Origin: Candidatus Krumholzibacteriia bacterium
GTDB taxonomy: Bacteria > Krumholzibacteriota > Krumholzibacteriia > WVZY01
DNA: 34,697 nt
Direction: 5' to 3'
NCBI GenBank assembly: GCA_046754105.1
Contig: JBHHVD010000028.1
Coordinates: 1 to 34,697 of the forward strand
Part shown: positions 20,639 to 30,038 of the stretch, one piece after another
How the letters are laid out: the number at the start of each line of letters is the position of its first letter
Position numbering within the stretch: position 1 is the stretch's first letter
Position numbers and translations under genes: made by a program
Notes under the pieces: generated by a model
What the model saw: only the letters and a program-made list of their open reading frames with translations
Database searches by the model: none
Told to the model about the DNA's origin: nothing

Positions 20639-21529
20639 GTGAACATGATTTCGGGAAAAACAGCTCTGTACTGTCTCGTCGGCGATCCGGTCGCCCACAG
20701 CCTCTCGCCGCTCATCATGAACCGGGCGCTGGAGCTGCACGGGTGCGACGGCGTCTACGTGGCGTGCCGGGTCGGCGGCGCCGGCGCCCTGCCGGCACTG
20801 GAGGGAATGCGGGCCTTGGGAGTGCGCGGCGCCAACGTGACCTATCCGCTCAAGGAAAACGTGTTGGAAGGAGCCGATGAGGTATCCGCCGCCGCGAGCG
20901 CGATCGGCGCGGCCAACGTGCTGACGCGTACCGGCGGGCGGATCGCCGCCGACAACACCGACGCGCCCGGGGTGGTCACCGCACTCGAGACGTTCGGGGC
21001 GGGGCCGGCGAAGGGGCAAGCGGTCGTCATTTTCGGCGCGGGCGGGGGCGCGCGGGCCGCCGCCTGGGGGTTGCTGGAGAGCGGCGCTCGCGAGGTGGTT
21101 TTCGCGGTTCGCGACCCGGTCAAGACACAAGGGGTCTGTGACCGATTCTCGTCCCGTTTCTCCGGGCGGCGAATCGACACCGTCGCTCTGGATGCGCGCG
21201 GGGAGGCGCTGGACGAAGCGCTGCACCCAGCCGACATCGTCATCAATGCGACCCCGGTGGGAATGACCGGATTCCCCGAGTCCCGGCTCCCTTGCGGCGA
21301 CGTTGCCGCGCGCGAAGGACAAACCTGGTTTGATTTTGTGTACCACCCGCGGGAGACCCCCTTCATTGCGACGGCGCGCGAGCGGGGCGCCCGCACGGTC
21401 GGCGGCCTCGCGCTCCTCGTCAGCCAGGCGCAAGCGGGCTTCCGGCTGTGGACGGGGCACGAGTTTTCGCTGACCGCGATGTACGAATACGTCATAACCC
21501 ACGTCTCCGGCGAGAGCGGACGACGGTAG
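20639..21529 (+). CDS. aroE: Shikimate dehydrogenase
   Basis: GDPVAHSLSP, NVTYPLK, NTD, GAGGGAR, NATPVG; alternative start ATG 20645. Confidence 0.95.
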   Translation: MNMISGKTALYCLVGDPVAHSLSPLIMNRALELHGCDGVYVACRVGGAGALPALEGMRALGVRGANVTYPLKENVLEGADEVSAAASAIGAANVLTRTGGRIAADNTDAPGVVTALETFGAGPAKGQAVVIFGAGGGARAAAWGLLESGAREVVFAVRDPVKTQGVCDRFSSRFSGRRIDTVALDARGEALDEALHPADIVINATPVGMTGFPESRLPCGDVAAREGQTWFDFVYHPRETPFIATARERGARTVGGLALLVSQAQAGFRLWTGHEFSLTAMYEYVITHVSGESGRR

Positions 21530-21541
21530 TGGAGAGAGCAC

Positions 21542-22678
21542 ATGCGTTATTTGACCGCCGGTGATTCGCACGGCGAGTACCTGGTCGGCATCGTCGAGGG
21601 ATTTCCCGCCGGTGTGCGGGTGGGGGTGCGCGATATGGAAAAGGATCTCCTCCGGCGCCGGCAGTCCTATGGGCGAAGCGCGCGGCAGAAGATCGAATCG
21701 GACCGCGTCCGCATCGCGAGCGGCCTGTGGAAGGGCCGGACTACGGGCGCACCCATCGCACTCCTCTTGCAAAACCTGGGACGGAAGGTCGCCGGCAAGC
21801 CGGGCGGCGCTCTCGGAACCATACCGCGTCCCGGGCACGCGGACCTGCCCGGCTGCCAGAAGTACGGCTTCGACGAGGTCCCGCCCATTTCGGAGCGGGC
21901 CAGTGCGCGCGGCACCGCCATGCGGGTCGCCATCGGCTCGCTCGCCAAAATGGTTCTCAAACATTTTTCGGTCGAGGTCCTGGGACACGTGGTGTCGATC
22001 GGAGGCGTGGACGCCCCCCCGGCCTCCGGCTCTTTCACGAGCCTCAAGCGCCGGGTGGCCCGGTCACCCATCTATTGCGCGGACAAGAAAGCGGCCGGGC
22101 GCATGATCGAGGCCATCAAGCGCGCCAAGAAGGAGGGCGATTCGCTCGGGGGCGCGGTGGAGGTGATCGCGACCGGAATGATTCCCGGCCTGGGGACCCA
22201 CGTCGAGTCCGACCGCAAGCTCGACGCACGGCTGGCGGGGGCGATGATGAGTATTCAGAGTGTAAAGGCGGTGGAGATCGGTGAGGGCCTCACCACGCAC
22301 CGTCAAAAGGGGTTCGAATCCCACGACGCCATCCACCTGAAGAAGGGACGGGTCACCCGAGACACCAATTTTGCCGGCGGCATCGAGGGTAGCATGACCA
22401 ACGGTTCGGACATCGTCATGCGCCTCTACGCCAAGCCGCTGCCCACGTCGCTAAAACGCCTGCCGTCGTTCGACTTGAAGACCGGGAAGGCGACCGTGGG
22501 CCCGTTCGTTCGCTCGGACGTGTGCGTGCTTCCCGCACTGGGGGTCGTTGCCGAAGCGGCTCTCGCCTGGGAAATCGCAATCGCCCTGACCGAGAAGTTC
22601 GGCGGCGACAGTATCGGCGAGATGACGGCCAGCTGCGACCATTACCTGTCGGGGCTTACCAAGCGAGGCCTGCGATGA
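21542..22678 (+). CDS. aroC: Chorismate synthase
   Basis: LTAGDSHG, TTGAPI, PRPGHAD, ERASAR, GDSLGG, GGIEG, RSD. Confidence 0.96.
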   Translation: MRYLTAGDSHGEYLVGIVEGFPAGVRVGVRDMEKDLLRRRQSYGRSARQKIESDRVRIASGLWKGRTTGAPIALLLQNLGRKVAGKPGGALGTIPRPGHADLPGCQKYGFDEVPPISERASARGTAMRVAIGSLAKMVLKHFSVEVLGHVVSIGGVDAPPASGSFTSLKRRVARSPIYCADKKAAGRMIEAIKRAKKEGDSLGGAVEVIATGMIPGLGTHVESDRKLDARLAGAMMSIQSVKAVEIGEGLTTHRQKGFESHDAIHLKKGRVTRDTNFAGGIEGSMTNGSDIVMRLYAKPLPTSLKRLPSFDLKTGKATVGPFVRSDVCVLPALGVVAEAALAWEIAIALTEKFGGDSIGEMTASCDHYLSGLTKRGLR

Positions 22679-24444
22679 ATCCCCGCCGCAAGTCTGAGAC
22701 ACCGGGTGCGGCGCGCCCAGGTCCGCCGGCGGATGCAAGAACTTGCGAAGCTCCCGTCGTCATCGTCACCGGTTTTATGGGAACGGGCAAGACCGAGGTG
22801 GGGCGGGCGCTGGCGGAGTTGCTGGGGCTGGAATTCATCGACACCGACGAGGCGCTAGCGGCGTCGGCCGGCAAGTCAATCGCGGACATCTTCGAGAGCG
22901 AGGGCGAAGATCGCTTCCGCGAGATGGAGGCGGCGTTTTGCCGCTCGCTCGGCGGCCGGCTGGGCGTAGTGATCGCCACCGGCGGCGGCACGCTCATGAA
23001 CCCGGGCACATTTGAGCTCTTCACGAAGCTCGGGACCGTCGTGCTGCTCGAAGCCTCGATCGACGTCTTGTGCGAGCGCCTGGCGGACGACCGCGGCCGT
23101 CCGCTGGTGGCGCCGGACGGATCGGGGACGTCGCTGGGCGAGCGCATCGGTGCCTTGCTCGGGGAACGCGCGGGCGTCTACGGCAGGATTCCGTTGAAGA
23201 TCGATACCTCCGATGGGCAGGCCGAGGAAGCGGCGGCGGCCATCGCGGCCAGGCTCGAGATGCCGCGCGTGACCATGACGGCCAGTTTCCGCGCCGGGCC
23301 GGCAGCATCCGCGCCGGGCCGGGCCGGGCGGCCGGCGGCCGCAAGGCGCCCCGGGGGCGACGCCGGTTTGTCCCGGGGACGCTTCGGCGCCTGCGCCGTG
23401 GACATCGGGCGCGGGCTCCTGTGCCGTCTCGGCGAGCGGCTCACCGAGATAGGTCTCCACTCCCACGCCTATTTTCTCATTCCCGAACAGCTGCAAGACC
23501 TGTACGCTACGCGGCTGAACGCCTCGATGCGGGCCGCGTCGATTCCCTTCTCGATCGTCCCCATCCGCGACGGCGACGCGGAGAAGACCCTCACCCAGGC
23601 ATCCACCATCCTGGACGCGCTCATCGCGGCGGGGGCGAGGCGAGACGCCGTCGTCATTCCGGTCGGGGGCGGTGTCACCGGTGACATCGGCGGCTTCGTC
23701 GCCTCGGTGTTCATGCGAGGCGTGAGCCTGGTGCAGGTGCCCACTACGCTGCTCGCCCAGGTGGACGCCAGTATCGGGGGCAAGGTGGGCGTCAACCACC
23801 CGCTGGCCAAGAACCTGATCGGGTGCTTCTACCAGCCGCACCTCGTCGTGAGCGACCCTGGCACCCTGAGCACGCTGCCGCTCGAGGAGGTGTCGAACGG
23901 CATGGCCGAGGTGGTCAAGTCCGCCCTGGTGCGTTCGGAGGCCTTCTTCGAGTACCTGGAGTCACAGGTGGCGCACGAGGCCGAGGAGCGGCTGCGCGAC
24001 CCCGCGTTTCTCGAAAAGTGCGTGCTCGAGGCCGCTCGCATCAAGGTCGAGGTCGTCAACCAGGACCCGTTCGAGCGTGGGCTGCGGCGCATGCTCAACC
24101 TTGGTCACACGCTGGGACACGCCCTCGAGGCGAGCGTCGGGTACCGAGGCTTCAAGCACGGGCAGGCCGTCGCCGTCGGCATAGTGGCGGCGGTGCGCAT
24201 CGCCGCCGCCCGCGGCGTGGTACCGTCCGGCCTGGTGGACCGCACGCGGTCGCTGCTCGAATGGTGCGGCCTCCCCACGACCGCCGGCTCGGTCGACCGG
24301 GATCAGTTGGCAGTCACCATGCGGCTGGACAAGAAGATAAAGAAGGGAAAACTGCATTTCGTGCTGCCCGTGCGTGTGGGTGAAGCGAAGATTGTAGACG
24401 ACGTTTCACCCGAGGAAATACTCTCGACCATCGACGGGGGATAA
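22675..24444 (+). CDS. aroKB: Bifunctional shikimate kinase / 3-dehydroquinate synthase
   Basis: N-terminal GFMGTGKT and ATGGG; C-terminal [38 protein letters not shown] overlaps the aroC stop (ATGA). Confidence 0.93.
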   Translation: MNPRRKSETPGAARPGPPADARTCEAPVVIVTGFMGTGKTEVGRALAELLGLEFIDTDEALAASAGKSIADIFESEGEDRFREMEAAFCRSLGGRLGVVIATGGGTLMNPGTFELFTKLGTVVLLEASIDVLCERLADDRGRPLVAPDGSGTSLGERIGALLGERAGVYGRIPLKIDTSDGQAEEAAAAIAARLEMPRVTMTASFRAGPAASAPGRAGRPAAARRPGGDAGLSRGRFGACAVDIGRGLLCRLGERLTEIGLHSHAYFLIPEQLQDLYATRLNASMRAASIPFSIVPIRDGDAEKTLTQASTILDALIAAGARRDAVVIPVGGGVTGDIGGFVASVFMRGVSLVQVPTTLLAQVDASIGGKVGVNHPLAKNLIGCFYQPHLVVSDPGTLSTLPLEEVSNGMAEVVKSALVRSEAFFEYLESQVAHEAEERLRDPAFLEKCVLEAARIKVEVVNQDPFERGLRRMLNLGHTLGHALEASVGYRGFKHGQAVAVGIVAAVRIAAARGVVPSGLVDRTRSLLEWCGLPTTAGSVDRDQLAVTMRLDKKIKKGKLHFVLPVRVGEAKIVDDVSPEEILSTIDGG

Positions 24445-24446
24445 CC

Positions 24447-24869
24447 ATGAAAATCCTTGTAATCCACGGCCCGAACTTGAATCTCCTCGGTACCCGCGAA
24501 CCCGAGATCTACGGCACCGACACGCTCGAGGACATCAACAAGCGCATCTCCGAATTCGCCGGGACGCACGGCGCGACCGTGACGTTTTTTCAAAGCAACG
24601 ACGAGGGTGCGATTATCGATGCGATCCAGCAATCGTCGTGCGATGCGCTGGTCATCAACCCCGGCGCCTACACCCACTACAGCCACGCCATCCGCGACGC
24701 CATCCAGGCCGTCGCCAGGCCGGCCGTCGAGGTGCACCTGAGCAACATCCACGGACGCGAGCCGTTTCGAAGCCGATCGGTGATCGCCCCCGCATGCCGC
24801 GGGCAGATCTCCGGGTTCGGCGCCACGAGCTATCTGCTCGCCGTCGAGGCTCTGTGTTCGGGGAAATAG
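24447..24869 (+). CDS. aroQ: Type II 3-dehydroquinate dehydratase
   Basis: [36 protein letters not shown]. Confidence 0.97.
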   Translation: MKILVIHGPNLNLLGTREPEIYGTDTLEDINKRISEFAGTHGATVTFFQSNDEGAIIDAIQQSSCDALVINPGAYTHYSHAIRDAIQAVARPAVEVHLSNIHGREPFRSRSVIAPACRGQISGFGATSYLLAVEALCSGK

Positions 24870-25110
24870 GCTCTGCGCGCAGCGGGGAGGAACGCTGCTT
24901 TCACAAACATTATAATCGGTAAGACGACGGGTACGGTTCTGCCGGTAACGGGATGCACTGGCGCCGCGTGCGCAGCGTCGGCGTTGCTCGCGGATTGCAC
25001 GTGCGCAGGGTCGCGGGCGGTAGCGCGGTGGGTACGCATGAGCGTACACGATCCACCGCGCGTTCCGCGCCGACCCGTCCCTTCATCACAGCGGACCGGC
25101 GCCCGCCGTG

Positions 25111-26181
25111 CTACTCAAGTACCTTCACGTTCTCGTGGGTCGTCGTCCAGATGTACCAGAACGTATCGTAGCCGTTGAGCTTGACGAGCGTCGCCTGGGC
25201 GCCTTCACTCGCCTGGGGCTCGGTGCTCTCACCCGGCTCCGGCGCGGAAAAGCCGCCGCCCTCGGTGAATTCACCCCCGGTCGGGGCGTAGCGCCACGTT
25301 CCGTTTTTCGCAACGAATCGGTCGCCGTCGTAGTCGCCGTCGGCGATATACGCGTAGGTCGAGGCGAACATCGACGACCCCTTCTCCCTGAAAAGAAACA
25401 CCTCGCGGTTCTTGCTGAGCTTGAAAGACCTCCCGCCCTCGAATCGCGAATGGGCGACCGCGTACGGCACGCCGTTGAGCTGGAACGCGTAGATCGATGC
25501 CTTGTCGTACATACGCGTGTCCGTCGACGTCAAGCCCCGGAACGTCCGAGAGCTCGTAAAATATTTTGCGTACGGGTCACTCTCATCGTGTTCCTTGCCG
25601 TCGACCGAGAGCACCAGGGTGTCGGGATGTCGCTTCTTCCACTCCTTCCACGTGATTTTCTCGGCGACGGGTATCTCCTTGAGCTCGGTCCCCTGCAGCT
25701 GCCCGCCGATGGCGTCACCGGTAACGATGGACCACCAGCTGTCCGTCTCGCGGTCGCGCATGACCAGCGAGGCGTTCATCAGCCCCCCGGACGGCTCGAA
25801 AGCGAGTGTTTGTCCTGAATAACGACGGTCGTACACGACGCCCGCATTGGCCAGGGGTCACCAGACGGCGGCCAGCGGGTGCCCGCCGAATTCGTCATTC
25901 ACTATTTCGTGATGATTCAACAAGTTAAGGCTGTAGGCCTTCGCCACGCCATTGTGGTACACCCCCATCACCCAGGCATCGTCGGTGATTTCGGCCTCGT
26001 CGGCGGAGACGAATTCAGGCTCGAAAACGGCGGGAATGCCGCCTCTGGGCAGGAGAAGCTGGACCCCCGAGGGGGCGTCTTCCCGGGCCAGCGCGTGGGA
26101 TACGGCGAATTGGGACGCGCCGGCATACGCCAGCGTCCCGGCCACCCCGGCGAGAATCAGGGCAAAAAACGGTCGAAACAT
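25111..26181 (-). CDS. DUF3179-family secreted protein, probable selenoprotein (UGA = Sec at codon 108)
   Basis: ATG 26181 with RBS GGAAAGGA and signal peptide; GIPA..EP.F, KAYSL..L..HEIVND, then W-TGA-PLANAG, then same-frame SGGL..ASLVM.DRET.SWWS..G.AI.G motifs. Confidence 0.8.
25814..25855 (-). promoter_or_regulatory. Candidate bacterial SECIS element
   Basis: Hairpin just 3' of the UGA: CCUG/CAGG base, AAU/AUU, apical GUCG-UGUA-CGAC. The loop starts 22 nt after UGA and has G at loop position 2. Confidence 0.6.
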
Positions 26182-26209
26182 AAGTTTTCCTTTCCGGGGC
26201 GACTGTCGT

Positions 26210-26238
26210 AATATACCATACGCCAACAGGCTGGGCAA
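26210..26238 (-). promoter_or_regulatory. sigma70 promoter of the DUF3179 gene
   Basis: TTGCCC-N17-TATATT with extended -10 TGn. Confidence 0.65.
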
Positions 26239-26316
26239 TGTTTGCTGCGGCGCCCCGCCTCTGTGATTCCCCGGGTCGCGGTACCCGTCGTCCATCGCCG
26301 GAGGAGCCTTCTCCAC

Positions 26317-27372
26317 ATGCGCATCGAAGTCGTAACCGACGTCAACGCCACCGAATGGCAGCGACTCGTCTCCAAGGACCCCAAGGCCACTTTCTTTCAC
26401 ACCCACGAGTGGGGACAGTGCGTCCAGAGTATCTTCCGGGGATGGAACCGCTTTTTTCTCACTGCGCGTAGTGACGGTGAGCTCCTCGCCGCCCTGCCCG
26501 CAATGAGACTCTCCAAGCGCGGCGTCTTCGCCATGATGTCGATGCCTTTCGGCACCTACGGCGGCCCGCTGGTCGCCGAGGGCGCGCCCCCAGGCATCGG
26601 GGACGATCTCAGCCGGCGGTTTTTCGAGGCGGCGCGGCCGGCGCGGGTGGCCTTCGCCGAGCTGGTGGATTTCCCTGCACAACTCGCAGGCGTACCGTTC
26701 AAACGCATGCGCTCGGTCGAGGACGAGGCGCGCGTGCTCAGCCTCGACCCCGGTTATGAGAACCTGTTCCGGGGATTCAAAGATACGAACCGCAACAAGA
26801 TCCGCAAGGCGGAAAAATCAGGCGTCAAGGTGCGGCGGGCCGAGTCGAGGGAGGATTTTCTCGCCTACGACGCGGTGCTGAGCGAGTGCTCTCGGCGCTG
26901 GGAGGAGCCGACACAGTTTCACAGGGAGTTCTTCGATGCGTTGTGGGCGCTCCACAACGGCGGCATCCAGATGTGGCTGGCCGAGCACGACGGGCGCGTG
27001 ATCGCGGGGCTCCTCAACTTCGCCCACAACGAGAGCGTCATGAACTGGGGAACGGTCTCCATGCCGAGCGCGCGGCAGCTGGCACCGGTCAACCTCCTCC
27101 ACGCGCGTGCGATCGAACACGCCGTCGACCACGGTTTCTCCCTGTACAACTTTGGTTCCAGCGCCGGTCTCACCGGCGTCGACAGCTTCAAAGCCACGTT
27201 CGGTGCGCGGCGGCTCCGCTACTACCACCACGTGCTCGAGAAACGTTGGTTCCCGATGTTTCGCCGCTGGTCGCGCCGGCGCAGGACCGATTACAAGACC
27301 TACCGCAGCAACGCCGGATCGGTGGCGGAGCACGTCGAAAAGCCACGCGAGTCCGTGACCGTCGGCCCCTGA
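26317..27372 (+). CDS. GNAT family N-acetyltransferase, FemAB/CelD-like
   Basis: ATFFHTHEW, SMPFGTYGGPL, RNKIRKAEKSGV, YNFG...G...FK..FGA; GGAGGAG upstream of ATG 26317. Confidence 0.8.
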   Translation: MRIEVVTDVNATEWQRLVSKDPKATFFHTHEWGQCVQSIFRGWNRFFLTARSDGELLAALPAMRLSKRGVFAMMSMPFGTYGGPLVAEGAPPGIGDDLSRRFFEAARPARVAFAELVDFPAQLAGVPFKRMRSVEDEARVLSLDPGYENLFRGFKDTNRNKIRKAEKSGVKVRRAESREDFLAYDAVLSECSRRWEEPTQFHREFFDALWALHNGGIQMWLAEHDGRVIAGLLNFAHNESVMNWGTVSMPSARQLAPVNLLHARAIEHAVDHGFSLYNFGSSAGLTGVDSFKATFGARRLRYYHHVLEKRWFPMFRRWSRRRRTDYKTYRSNAGSVAEHVEKPRESVTVGP

Positions 27373-27435
27373 CCGGCGTGCAATACGGAGGCACGCGGGC
27401 GCAAACATCTTCGCCGATTGCTCCCTCGCATCCCT

Positions 27436-28131
27436 TCAAACCTCGTTCGTGTAGACGACGAACTCGCCGCCGCCGAACGTGTAACTACCCAACCGCTTGA
27501 AGAACGGCTCCTCTTCGACCACGCGCCTGAACTCCGGATTGTGGTAAATCAGCCACACCGTGCGCGCGCATTTCCGGTTGGACGAGACGATGTTGGCAAT
27601 AACCTTCGCCAACACCTTTCCGTCGAACGGATTGAATAGAAAAAACGTCGTATCGTCGTCACGAACCGGGTAGTCCACGACGTCGCACTCGACGATTTCC
27701 ACGGTGCCTCCGGCACCGGTCTTGGCCTGGAACCGTGCGAGGTTCTCGCGCGCGCTCCGGCACAGCTGCGGGGAGAACTCCACGCCCACCACGCGCTCGA
27801 ACCCGTACGCACTGGCGACGAGCAGTACCCGCCCCTTGCCGCAACCAAAATCGATGAACCCGCCGGCCTTCGGAAAAGCCATGGCCTGCAGGAGCCGCCG
27901 CAGGGGGCGCGCGCGGGTGGGCTCGTAGCGCATGCCGCTCGCCTTGTTGCCGCTCTCGACCTGGAGTCCCTCGAGCTCGACGATGTCCAGGGTATCGGTG
28001 CCGTGGCGGATGTCGAACCACAGGTCGCCGAGCTTGCTCAAGAACACCGAGATCCGCTTCCACACGAGCGCGGCCGTGTGCCGGAGACCTTTTTCTCTTA
28101 GATTGACAACAAGCCGTTGAAAGAGGTGCAT
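27436..28131 (-). CDS. Class I SAM-dependent methyltransferase
   Basis: FIDFGCGKGR motif I, GVEFS, FFLFNPF, IYHNP. Confidence 0.85.
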   Translation of the reverse strand: MHLFQRLVVNLREKGLRHTAALVWKRISVFLSKLGDLWFDIRHGTDTLDIVELEGLQVESGNKASGMRYEPTRARPLRRLLQAMAFPKAGGFIDFGCGKGRVLLVASAYGFERVVGVEFSPQLCRSARENLARFQAKTGAGGTVEIVECDVVDYPVRDDDTTFFLFNPFDGKVLAKVIANIVSSNRKCARTVWLIYHNPEFRRVVEEEPFFKRLGSYTFGGGEFVVYTNEV

Positions 28132-28140
28132 GGACGGGCG

Positions 28141-29382
28141 TTACCTCACGAACATTCCCACCACCGCGCCGGTCATGCAGGTGGCGATGGTGCCGGCCAG
28201 GATCGACCGGAATCCGAGCGCCACGATCTCGCTCCGCCGCCCCGCGGCCATGGCCCCCATGCCGCCGATCATGATGCCGAGGCTGCCCGGATTGGCGAAG
28301 CCGCACATGGCGTACATGAGAATGAGCCGGCTGCGGGAACCCAGCTCGCCCGCGCCGAGCTGGCTGAGGTCGATATAGGCGATGAACTCGTTCAAGACCG
28401 TCTTGGTTCCCATCAGCGAGCCCGCCGTCAGGCTCTCGCTCCACGGGATTCCCATCAGCCACACGACCGGCGCCATGACGTAACCGAGCAGCCGCTGCAG
28501 GGTCACGGGCTCGCCGCCGGCGCGAACGGCGCCGAGCACGATGTTGACCAGGTGGACGAGGGCGACCAGGACGATGATCATGGCTACGACGCTCAACAGC
28601 AGCTGGATCCCCTGAAAGGTTCCCTTCGTGATGGCGTCCATGGATGAGGACGCCTCGTCGGGCGCCGTCAACTCGGCGGCCGTGGGCGCCCGGGTCTCGG
28701 GGATCATGATTTTGGAAATGGTGATCGCCGCCGGCGCGCTGATAAGCGACGCGGTCAGGATGTGGCCCAGCGCGTTGGGGATTACGTCCCCCAGGATGCT
28801 GGCGTAGAGCACCATGACCGTGCCAGCGATCGTCGCCATGCCGCAGGTCATCAGGCTGAACAGTTCGCTCCTCGTCAGGCTGGCGAGGTACGGGCGCACG
28901 AGAAGCGGTGCCTCGACCATGCCGACGAAGATATTTGCCGCCACGCCCAGGCCCTCCGCGCCGCCGATCCGCATCGTGCGCTGCAGCGCCCACGAGAATC
29001 CCTTGACGACCACGGGCAGGACCTTCCAGTAGAAGAGGAGCGCGGAAAGGGCGCTCATCACCAGGATCAAGGGGAGGCCTTTGAACGCGAGAATGAAACT
29101 CGAACCGGGGACGACCTCGTCGTACGGCAGCGGGCCCCCGGCGAGAAAACCGAATACGACTTTCGCGCCGGCGGTGGTCGATTCCTCCAGCGCGACCACG
29201 ACCCGGTTGAGCGCGAGGAACCCTTTTTGCAGCGCGGGTATCTTGAGCAGCACGGCGCCCACGGCCACCTGCAGCCCCAAACCGGTGAGCACCATGCGCA
29301 GTGAAACCCGCCTGCGATTTTCGCTAAGGAGCCACGCAAGCGCCGCAAACGCCCCGAGGCCGAGCACACTGTGCACGAACAT
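28141..29382 (-). CDS. nupC: Concentrative Na+/nucleoside transporter (CNT family)
   Basis: SENRR, ANIFVGMVEAPL..RPY, GMATIAG, KTVLNEFIAY, YAMCGFAN. Confidence 0.93.
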   Translation of the reverse strand: MFVHSVLGLGAFAALAWLLSENRRRVSLRMVLTGLGLQVAVGAVLLKIPALQKGFLALNRVVVALEESTTAGAKVVFGFLAGGPLPYDEVVPGSSFILAFKGLPLILVMSALSALLFYWKVLPVVVKGFSWALQRTMRIGGAEGLGVAANIFVGMVEAPLLVRPYLASLTRSELFSLMTCGMATIAGTVMVLYASILGDVIPNALGHILTASLISAPAAITISKIMIPETRAPTAAELTAPDEASSSMDAITKGTFQGIQLLLSVVAMIIVLVALVHLVNIVLGAVRAGGEPVTLQRLLGYVMAPVVWLMGIPWSESLTAGSLMGTKTVLNEFIAYIDLSQLGAGELGSRSRLILMYAMCGFANPGSLGIMIGGMGAMAAGRRSEIVALGFRSILAGTIATCMTGAVVGMFVR

Positions 29383-29390
29383 GATGGCCG

Positions 29391-29420
29391 ATACTAACGC
29401 CCGCCGGCGCGGCCCGTCAA
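29391..29420 (-). promoter_or_regulatory. Putative promoter of nupC giving a near-leaderless transcript
   Basis: TTGACG-N18-TAGTAT ends 8 nt before the ATG; no Shine-Dalgarno present. Confidence 0.5.
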
Positions 29421-29974
29421 TCCCGGCCGTAGAGCGACTTGAGACGTCCCCACGTGGTTTCGAGGACGGCCGGCTGGCAATTGCAGTTCGCGTCCGCGTT
29501 CACCGGGTGGACGAGTCCCGTCCCGAAGGCCAGCGGCCCTCCGCAGTCCACCACCTCGATGCGGCCCGAGGGAGCGTTCGGGTCCGGAACGACGGCGTAC
29601 ATGCAGCACGTCGTGGTCCCCCCGTTGCCGAAGTAGTTGATGGTAAGGACGTGGATGGGGCTCGCCAGGCACACACCGTAGCCGATGGCGACGCCGTCTT
29701 GCGAGTTGCCGATAGTCACGGGAAATACCTGCGAATCGGAGAGATAAACTGCCCCCAGCATGCAGGCCGGCATGGGGGCGGCAAACTGCGACGCCGTCGC
29801 GCCCGGCGCGATCGTGTGCACGACGTACACCGGCATCAGGCCGGGGACGTTGTCGGTTACGTTGCATTCGATCCCGCCGGGATCCGCGTAGGTGCCGATG
29901 GCACCGGCCTGCCCGAAGGAAATACGCGGGCTGCAAATAGTCAGCCCCAGCAGGAGAAAAGCTGTTCTCACCAT
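29417..29974 (-). CDS. Secreted Cys-rich hypothetical protein with C-terminal TWGxxK tail
   Basis: GAGGGG RBS, ATG 29974, signal peptide, 8 Cys in the mature region, C-terminus PAVLETTWGRLKSLYGRD. Confidence 0.75.
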   Translation of the reverse strand: MVRTAFLLLGLTICSPRISFGQAGAIGTYADPGGIECNVTDNVPGLMPVYVVHTIAPGATASQFAAPMPACMLGAVYLSDSQVFPVTIGNSQDGVAIGYGVCLASPIHVLTINYFGNGGTTTCCMYAVVPDPNAPSGRIEVVDCGGPLAFGTGLVHPVNADANCNCQPAVLETTWGRLKSLYGRD

Positions 29975-30038
29975 CGTATTTCCCCTCGTCGCAACGTCCG
30001 GCACCTCGTCCCCGCACATCCCGTCCCGGAAGCCGCGG

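Noticed and set aside
24870..25110. 240-bp gap between convergent aroQ and DUF3179 genes containing TATAAT (24912-24917)
   Set aside because: No -35, credible ORF, strong terminator or recognisable RNA structure was found.
25858..25860. Reading DUF3179 as a pseudogene or two separate genes
   Set aside because: There is one in-frame TGA exactly at a Cys column, with a SECIS-like hairpin and no other lesions. Less likely than Sec, though not excluded without the sel genes.
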